Positions 28,278 through 34,075 of a DNA stretch of 34,075 bases are shown one piece after another (positions within the stretch are counted from its first letter, which is position 1; each line of letters starts with the position of its first letter). Below the pieces are notes generated by a model. That model was not told the origin of the DNA. It saw only the letters and a list, made by a program, of their open reading frames with translations, and made no database searches. Both the position numbers and the translations under genes were made by a program. Origin of the DNA: Candidatus Limnocylindria bacterium (GTDB lineage Bacteria; Chloroflexota; Limnocylindria; P2-11E); the NCBI GenBank assembly GCA_044866725.1, contig JBIOUD010000066.1, positions 1 to 34,075 on the forward strand. Reading direction: 5' to 3'.

Positions 28278-31200
28278 CTATCCCAGTCGCGAGAGCGCGA
28301 CCTCCGTGCGCTGCAGCTCCGCGGGCTCATCGATGGCGACGAGCACTTCGCGGCTCCGCTCGAGATGCTCGCGCGCCGCGTCGCGGTCCCCGCGGGCCGC
28401 CGCGATCTGTCCGAGGACCCGGTCGGTCATCGCGACCTGGTGCTGCGCCGAGACGGCGGTCGCGAGCTCGCGCGACCGCTCCGCCGCGGCGGTCGCCGCT
28501 TCGAGGTCGCCGAGCGCGAGGTGGGCCGACGCGATGAAGCGGTAGAGGTCCGGCAGGTACGTCGTCGTGCCGAGCGCGGTGTATCGCGTCTCGGCGTCGC
28601 GCAGCACCGCGAGCCCACGGGCGGGATCGCCGGAATCTGCGATCGCCGCGCCCAGGCCGGTGAGGGCGAGCGCGACACCGGACGTGTATCCGATCGGCGT
28701 CCAGGCCGCGATCGAGCGCTCGTAGGCGGCGATCGCTCGCGATAGGTCGCCCTGCGTACGGTGCACCTCGCCGATGTTGTTGTGGGTCGTGCCGATGCCC
28801 CACGGATCGCCGATGCGCTCGCGCAGCTTGAGGCTCGCGTTCGCCTCGCGCAGCGCGTCGTCCCAGCGACCCATGCGTCGATACACGACGCCGAGGTTGC
28901 TGTGGACGTTCGCGAGGCCGATGGGATCCCCGGCCCGCTCGTAGATCTCGAGCGCCTGCCGGTAGAAATGCTCGGCGTCGTCGCGCTTGCCCGCGAGGAA
29001 CGACACGTTGCCGAGCTGCTTCAGCCCCTCGGCGAGGACGCTCTCGACGGCGCCACCCGCACCCAGCAGCACGGTCGCGCTCATGACGGCGGCGGTGAGC
29101 GCGCGGCGGGCGCCGTCGTAGTCCCCGCGACGCCACGACAGCTCGCCGGCTTGGATCTCGATCTGCGCCGACTCGATGTCGGTGAGTCCCTTCATGGCGG
29201 CGCGCGCTTCGTCGAGCGCATCTGCGGCGGGTGCGTAGTCAGACTTCAGCAGCATCGCGGCCGCCGCGCGCCGCCACGTGCGCGCGAACGCGATCGGCTC
29301 GTCGGCCACCATCTCGCGCGCGGCGGCGAACGACGCGAGCGCTTCGTCATACCGGCCGGTCCGGAGCTGCACCTCGCCGATGCGCTCGAGGATCGACGCG
29401 GCCTGCGCCGGTGAGGCCTCGCGTGACCGCGCGAGCGCGCTGCGGTAGAGCGCGATCGCCTCGCCGTTCGCGAAGAGGCCCTTCGCGCGGTCGGCCGCGC
29501 GGAGGAGCCAGTGCGTCGCGCGCGCATCGTCCTCACCGCGCTCGAAGTGGTACGCGAGGACGTCGACGAACTCGTCGAGCCGGTCCGCGTACAGGCGCTC
29601 GATCGTCACACCGATGCGCGTGTGCATCCGCCGGCGCTCCGCGAGCAGCTGCGTCTCGTAGACGACCTCCTGGATCAGTGCCTGGCGGAAGGAGTACGTG
29701 AGCTCCGGCCGCACCGCGGTGGCTGTGATGAACGCCTCCTGCTCGAGGGCGGCAAGGTTCGGCCCGAGCGGCACGTCGACGAGGGGCTCGAGGACACGCG
29801 CCCAGAAGGTGCGGCCCATGACCGACGCGGGCCGCACGACTTGTTTGGGCGTGTCGGCGAGCCGGTCGAGACGCGCTTCGAGGACCTCCTGGATCGTCGT
29901 CGGCATGCGCTTCGCGACGTCGAGCGACGCCGTGACGGTCCCGCGCTCCTCGCGCAGGCCGCCGCTGCCCTGCAGCTCGCGCACGATCTCTTCGATGAAG
30001 AACGGGTTGCCGCCGGTCCGCTCGAGCACCGCATCGGAGAGCTCATCCGCGACGCGCAGCTCGATGAGCGATTCGATGAGCGCGCGGGCGTCCGCGTCTT
30101 GGAGCGGCTCGACCTCGAGAAGCTCTGCGTTCCACGGCGGGGTCCACTGCGGCCGCGAGGTCGTGATGAACAGACCCGGCAGCTTCGGGATCAGCCGGAC
30201 GAGCTCGACGAGCACCTGAAGGCTCGCGTCATCGATCCAGTGGAGATCCTCGGCGACGATGACGAACGGCGCGCGTTCGCCCGCGCCCTGAAGGAGTCCG
30301 CGAAGGAGCGCGATGAGCAGGCGCTGCTTGAGCTGCGGATCCTGCGGGGCCGAGTCGCTGTAGCCGAGGATGTCGAGGACGAGGTCGAGGGCCGGCTCGT
30401 CCGTCGTGCGCCCGAACCGCGCGAAGCCCGCGACGATGGCCTCGCGCGCGATCGCGCGATCGTCGGCGCCGTGGATTCGGAAGGCGCCGCGGATGAGGCT
30501 GGAGATGAGCGCGTACGGCGTGTTCGTCTCGTACGAGGCGCACCGTGCCGACATCCGCTCGATCCCGCCGGCAAGCTCCCCGCGGAACTCCGTCACGAGG
30601 CGGCTCTTTCCGACGCCCGCGTCGCCACTGATGTGTACGACCTGCCCGGCCCCGTGGAGCGCGCCGCCCAACGACTCGCGCAGATGCTCGATCTCCGCGT
30701 CGCGTCCGACGAGCGGACTGGCCTCCGGCTCGACCTCCTCGTCCCGGCGGCGCAGCACGCGATACGCGGCCACCGGCGTCGCCTTGCCCTTGAGCGCGAC
30801 CGGCGCGAGCTGCTCGAACTCGAACGCGTGCAGCGCGAGATGCTGCGTGGTCTCGCTCACGATGACGTGTCCGAGCGGCGCGGCGGATTCGAGCCGCTGC
30901 GCCGTATTCACCGCGTCACCGACGACGGTGTACGCGCTCTGCACGTCGCCGCCGAGCATGCCGGCCACGACCTCGCCGGTGTTGATGCCGATGCGCAGCG
31001 AGAGCCGCACGCCGTGCTGGCGCTCGAGGTCGGCGTTCAGCTTCGCGATCGACTCCTGCATCGAGAGCGCGGCTCGGATCGCGCGCTCGGCATCGTCCTC
31101 GTGCGACAGCGGCGCGCCGAAGACGGCCATCACCGCGTCGCCGATGTACTTGTCTATCGTCCCCTCGTAGCGGCGGATCTGCCTCGCGAGCTGGTTGAAG

Positions 31201-31499
31201 TACGCGGCGAGGATCACGCGCAGATCCTCCGGATCGAGCTTCTCCGCGAGCGGCGTCGATCCCGAAAGGTCCGCGAAGAGAACCGTCACGACCTTGCGCT
31301 GTTCGCCGAGCGTCGAAGCGCCAAGATCGGGCACCTGCAGCGATGTGCTTTCGATCTGCGCGAGCGGAGCGTGCGCGCTCGCGGCCTGCGCCGCGGCGAT
31401 GGGAGTCCCACACGACGCGCAGAAGCGATCCTTCGCGCGGACCGCGGCACCGCAGGTCGCGCAGGTCGCCTTTCGTGCGGGTTGCCGGACGCTCGCCAT
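28278..31499 (-). CDS. zinc-ribbon + class III adenylate/guanylate cyclase + AAA (STAND-type) ATPase + TPR protein
   Basis: Start taken at ATG 31499 (MASVRQPARKATCATCGAAVRAKDRFCASCGTPI). Cyclase motifs VVTVLFADLSGST, KYIGDAVMAVFG and GDAVNTAQRLES. P-loop ISGDAGVGKSRL. The C-terminal half has repeated TPR-like ALxxYxxAL units. No HTH output domain seen. Confidence 0.9.
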   Translation of the reverse strand: MASVRQPARKATCATCGAAVRAKDRFCASCGTPIAAAQAASAHAPLAQIESTSLQVPDLGASTLGEQRKVVTVLFADLSGSTPLAEKLDPEDLRVILAAYFNQLARQIRRYEGTIDKYIGDAVMAVFGAPLSHEDDAERAIRAALSMQESIAKLNADLERQHGVRLSLRIGINTGEVVAGMLGGDVQSAYTVVGDAVNTAQRLESAAPLGHVIVSETTQHLALHAFEFEQLAPVALKGKATPVAAYRVLRRRDEEVEPEASPLVGRDAEIEHLRESLGGALHGAGQVVHISGDAGVGKSRLVTEFRGELAGGIERMSARCASYETNTPYALISSLIRGAFRIHGADDRAIAREAIVAGFARFGRTTDEPALDLVLDILGYSDSAPQDPQLKQRLLIALLRGLLQGAGERAPFVIVAEDLHWIDDASLQVLVELVRLIPKLPGLFITTSRPQWTPPWNAELLEVEPLQDADARALIESLIELRVADELSDAVLERTGGNPFFIEEIVRELQGSGGLREERGTVTASLDVAKRMPTTIQEVLEARLDRLADTPKQVVRPASVMGRTFWARVLEPLVDVPLGPNLAALEQEAFITATAVRPELTYSFRQALIQEVVYETQLLAERRRMHTRIGVTIERLYADRLDEFVDVLAYHFERGEDDARATHWLLRAADRAKGLFANGEAIALYRSALARSREASPAQAASILERIGEVQLRTGRYDEALASFAAAREMVADEPIAFARTWRRAAAAMLLKSDYAPAADALDEARAAMKGLTDIESAQIEIQAGELSWRRGDYDGARRALTAAVMSATVLLGAGGAVESVLAEGLKQLGNVSFLAGKRDDAEHFYRQALEIYERAGDPIGLANVHSNLGVVYRRMGRWDDALREANASLKLRERIGDPWGIGTTHNNIGEVHRTQGDLSRAIAAYERSIAAWTPIGYTSGVALALTGLGAAIADSGDPARGLAVLRDAETRYTALGTTTYLPDLYRFIASAHLALGDLEAATAAAERSRELATAVSAQHQVAMTDRVLGQIAAARGDRDAAREHLERSREVLVAIDEPAELQRTEVALSRLG

Positions 31500-31537
31500 G
31501 ACGGAAAGCCTACGGGCAGGAGTGCGCGGTGTGGTCG

Positions 31538-32530
31538 TTACATCTTGCCGGTTGGGAGGATGTGGAGCCAGGTCAAACCCGGCTTGAGCGGTATGGGGGC
31601 GCCGCTCGCGTCCTTGAAGGCGTACATCGCGTCCCCCTCGCGTGCCCATGTGCCGTCATAACGCTTGCCGTCGCGGAGGATGACGACCTTTCCGCTGCCG
31701 GTCGAGCGGTAATCGACGGACGGCGCGCCGGCCGCGTCGGCGGTGCCCGGGATCTCCGTTACATCGGTGAGGATCACGACCACGTTCTCGGGAAGGACCT
31801 CGGTACTGCCGTCGGTCGTCTTCGCACCGCCGTTGTACGCACGGTGGTACGCGCCTTTTCCGGCGTCGTACGCGTACGTGATCGGGTCGGACGTCGGCAC
31901 AGTGAGCGTCGCGCCGTCGACGGACGCCGTCGCGGCTTCGCCGAACTGCAGCCCGGGCACCGTGACCTTGTCGCTCCCGCCGACCTGTCGCAGCTTCGCG
32001 CCCGTCGTGTACGCGTTGTACGGAGCCGGGCGGTCGCTTGTCCGCTCGAACGCGTCGGCGTGTTCGAACTCGTCGACGTCCACGAACGCGCCGCCCTTCG
32101 CGGCGTCGCGCACGAGCTTGGTCACCTGCTCGGACGCACCGACGTGCCCGAGGATGGCGTGCAGCGACGAGAGGTAGTTGAGGTCGGACTGGCGAGCGCT
32201 CCGCACCGGCCCGACCTTACCGGGGTCCTTCGAGTGGAAGACGACCGCGAAGCGCGTGATGCCGCCCTCCACCGGGATCTCGAGCACGACGTCCGCGTCG
32301 GCGAGCCCGCTCTGTGGCCGCGCTGACGGGTCCGCCGCGACCTTCACGACGATCGGCCGCTTCTTCACGCTGTCTCCGTCGGGCGCTTTCGTCCCGCGCA
32401 GCGGCCACACCGCCGGGGCGGCCGCGGACGCCGCTGTCGCGGCCGTCGGCTGGCCGACGCCGCGGTCGGACTCCCCACAGCCCGAGATGACGACTGCGAG
32501 CGCGCCGAGCAGAGCGGCGAGATGGCGCAT
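31538..32530 (-). CDS. DUF3048 (YerB-like) lipoprotein
   Basis: Start at ATG 32530 (MRHLAALLGALAVVISGC lipobox). RPIVVKVAADPSARPQSGLADADVVLEIPVEGGITRFAVVF is the characteristic DUF3048 N-terminal motif. The longer track ORF is an upstream shadow. Confidence 0.8.
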   Translation of the reverse strand: MRHLAALLGALAVVISGCGESDRGVGQPTAATAASAAAPAVWPLRGTKAPDGDSVKKRPIVVKVAADPSARPQSGLADADVVLEIPVEGGITRFAVVFHSKDPGKVGPVRSARQSDLNYLSSLHAILGHVGASEQVTKLVRDAAKGGAFVDVDEFEHADAFERTSDRPAPYNAYTTGAKLRQVGGSDKVTVPGLQFGEAATASVDGATLTVPTSDPITYAYDAGKGAYHRAYNGGAKTTDGSTEVLPENVVVILTDVTEIPGTADAAGAPSVDYRSTGSGKVVILRDGKRYDGTWAREGDAMYAFKDASGAPIPLKPGLTWLHILPTGKM

Positions 32531-32580
32531 GCCGCTGGTGTTGCAACCGCTGTACCGCCGAGCGAGCGGGTCTGGCGCGA

Positions 32581-33456
32581 CTACATGTTCGCGGGCGCGA
32601 AGCGGTACTCGTCGACGTCGCTGACCGGCTCGTAGCCGATGTCCTGATAGATCCTGTTCGACGTCGGGTTCGCGAGGTCGGTGAACAGGAAGCAGAACCG
32701 GCGACCGGCGTCCAGCTGCGCCTGGCTCAGCGATGCGACGAGCGCGCTCGCGTACCCGCGGCGCCGCCGCTCTGGAGGTGTGAACACGGCGCTCACGCGG
32801 ATGCCGTTCGGCGTCCGGCCGCCCGCGCCGGCCATCGATACAGGTCCTCCGTCCTCCCAGAGGTGGAGCGCTCCGCCATCGATCCAGTAGCTCGCCGATT
32901 CGCGCGCGTGCTCGAGGGAATCGTTGTGGTCGGGCTGCGACTCGATCGCGAACGCGCGGAACCATGACGCGATGAGTTCGCTATCCGCGCGCGTGGCGAC
33001 GCGCATCCGGCCAGCGACCTGCCGCGGGGGCTTCACCTTCGTGAGCCGGTAGACGCGGCTCGCCATCACGACACGCGCCTTCAGGTCGTGACGGTCGGAC
33101 CACTCGCGGGCCGCGATGGCCGCGAGTGCCTTCGGGCCGCTCATCCCGGGGATGGCGTCCGTCTCGGACTCAAGGCGGTCGAGGATCGGCCGTAGGGCGC
33201 GCTCCTCGGTGCCCGCCGCGAGGATGAGGTTGAGCGGAGGCGTGCGCATGGCCGCGCCGACGACGCGACCGTCGAGATACACGACCGTGAAGAACGGCGC
33301 CTGGGGCCCGAACCTCCGGCCAGCCTTGAGCCCGGAGACGAGGCCGAGAATGAGGTTGTTCTCCGCCTCGCGGAGCGAGAGGAACGGGCCCGCTTCGGTC
33401 TCGAACTCCTCTGGACTGCGGGGCCGCGTGACCAGGCGCGCGAGCGCGCCCGGCAT
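32581..33456 (-). CDS. GNAT family N-acetyltransferase (two-lobed, about 290 aa)
   Basis: C-terminal acetyl-CoA motif VFTPPERRRRGYASALVASLSQ...FLFTDLANPTSNRIYQDIGY. Its start overlaps the clpC stop by 1 nt. Confidence 0.8.
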   Translation of the reverse strand: MPGALARLVTRPRSPEEFETEAGPFLSLREAENNLILGLVSGLKAGRRFGPQAPFFTVVYLDGRVVGAAMRTPPLNLILAAGTEERALRPILDRLESETDAIPGMSGPKALAAIAAREWSDRHDLKARVVMASRVYRLTKVKPPRQVAGRMRVATRADSELIASWFRAFAIESQPDHNDSLEHARESASYWIDGGALHLWEDGGPVSMAGAGGRTPNGIRVSAVFTPPERRRRGYASALVASLSQAQLDAGRRFCFLFTDLANPTSNRIYQDIGYEPVSDVDEYRFAPANM

Positions 33457-34075
33457 CAGGGCGCGACGGGCTCCGGCTTGGGCGCTTCGATCTCGGCCTT
33501 CTCGATCGAGAGCTTGCCGTCGACGGGATGCACGCGGACGGTGTCGCCCGGATGGAACTTGCCTTGGAGGAGCATCTCGGCGAGAGGGTCGGCGATCTCG
33601 TTCTGGATCGACCGCGCGAGGGGCCGAGCGCCGAAGTTCGAGTCGTAGCCGACCGAAGCGATGTAGTCCTTCGCCTCGATCGTGACGTCGAGCGTGATCT
33701 CCTGCGAGGCGAGCTGCTTTCGCACGCCGACGAGCTCGAGCTCGACGATCTTGCGGATCTCTTCCTTGCTGAGTGGCTGGAACACGACCGTGGCGTCGAT
33801 GCGGTTCAGGAACTCCGGGCGGAAGAAGCGCTTCATCTCTTCCTGCACGCGCTCCTTCATGCGCTCGTAGGAGGCGGCCAGGTCGCCCGCGTCACCCTCA
33901 CCCTTCGCGCGGAAGCCCAGCGAGGACTCGCTCTTGAAGAGCTTCTGCGCGAGGTTGCTGGTCATGATGATGATCGTGTTGCGGAAGTCGACGGTGCGGC
34001 CCTTCGCGTCCGCGAGCCGGCCCTCGTCGAAGATCTGCAGCAGGATGTTGAAGACCTCGGGGTGCGCCTTCTCGA
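33456..34075 (-). CDS. clpC: ATP-dependent Clp protease ATP-binding subunit ClpC, C-terminal part (5' end outside the window)
   Basis: The frame is open to the window edge: EKAHPEVFNILLQIFDEGRLADAKGRTVDFRNTIIIMTSN...RPEFLNRIDATVVFQPL...GARPLARSIQ (AAA+ D2 sensor and D2-small domain). Synteny with radA. Confidence 0.9.
   Translation of the reverse strand, partial: EKAHPEVFNILLQIFDEGRLADAKGRTVDFRNTIIIMTSNLAQKLFKSESSLGFRAKGEGDAGDLAASYERMKERVQEEMKRFFRPEFLNRIDATVVFQPLSKEEIRKIVELELVGVRKQLASQEITLDVTIEAKDYIASVGYDSNFGARPLARSIQNEIADPLAEMLLQGKFHPGDTVRVHPVDGKLSIEKAEIEAPKPEPVAP

Noticed and set aside
29511-31661. 716-aa plus-strand ORF opposite the cyclase-STAND gene (other shadows of the same kind: 12461..13606, 16486..17757, 21916..22965, 8290..9105)
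   Set aside because: All are antisense or off-frame relative to genes with strong motif support. They have no motifs of their own.
23093-33456. Mobile element or genomic island call for the clpC-radA insert, and likewise for 6754..9551
   Set aside because: No integrase, transposase, tRNA target, terminal inverted repeats or flanking direct repeats were visible, and base composition looks like the flanks. It is reported only as a synteny break.

Overview
High-GC (roughly 70% G+C by eye) bacterial chromosomal segment with about 35 genes. I recognised no rRNA, tRNA, CRISPR array, transposase or integrase. Gene order resembles a Gram-positive-type lineage (Actinobacteria/Chloroflexi-like). Most long ORFs in the track are antisense or off-frame shadows of the real genes. 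Left to right: a yggT-like gene; an M19 dipeptidase with a peptide-type ABC importer (binding lipoprotein and two permeases, no ATPase); an ArsR plus tandem-SRPBCC pair. Next comes an 809-aa Rad50/RloC-like ABC ATPase with a CxxC hook in its coiled coil. It is translationally coupled (GTGA overlap) to a 123-aa helical protein carrying an R-x4-H-x-Y (HEPN-like) motif. I rank this pair as the best candidate for an undescribed conflict or RNA-targeting system. A HhH-PHP (PolX-like, palm-less) gene follows. Then a signalling islet (10.6-16.0 kb) holds a truncated globin, an atypical OmpR-type regulator, a REC-histidine kinase, a CheY-like protein, a SnoaL-like protein, small membrane proteins and two paralogous Cys/His mini-proteins. 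This islet carries six of the seven exact copies of a 16-bp palindrome, ATGAC-N6-GTCAT, found in the window. The right half is the conserved rlmB-cysS-ispF-ispD-PIN/TRAM-radA...clpC housekeeping block. Between radA and clpC it is interrupted by about 10 kb: a 1718-aa secreted beta-propeller/PPC/C25-like protease with 13 tandem PD[A/E]LS repeats, a zinc-ribbon/class III cyclase/AAA(STAND)/TPR protein, a DUF3048 lipoprotein and a GNAT. All family calls rest on motifs read by eye from the translations; no database search was run.
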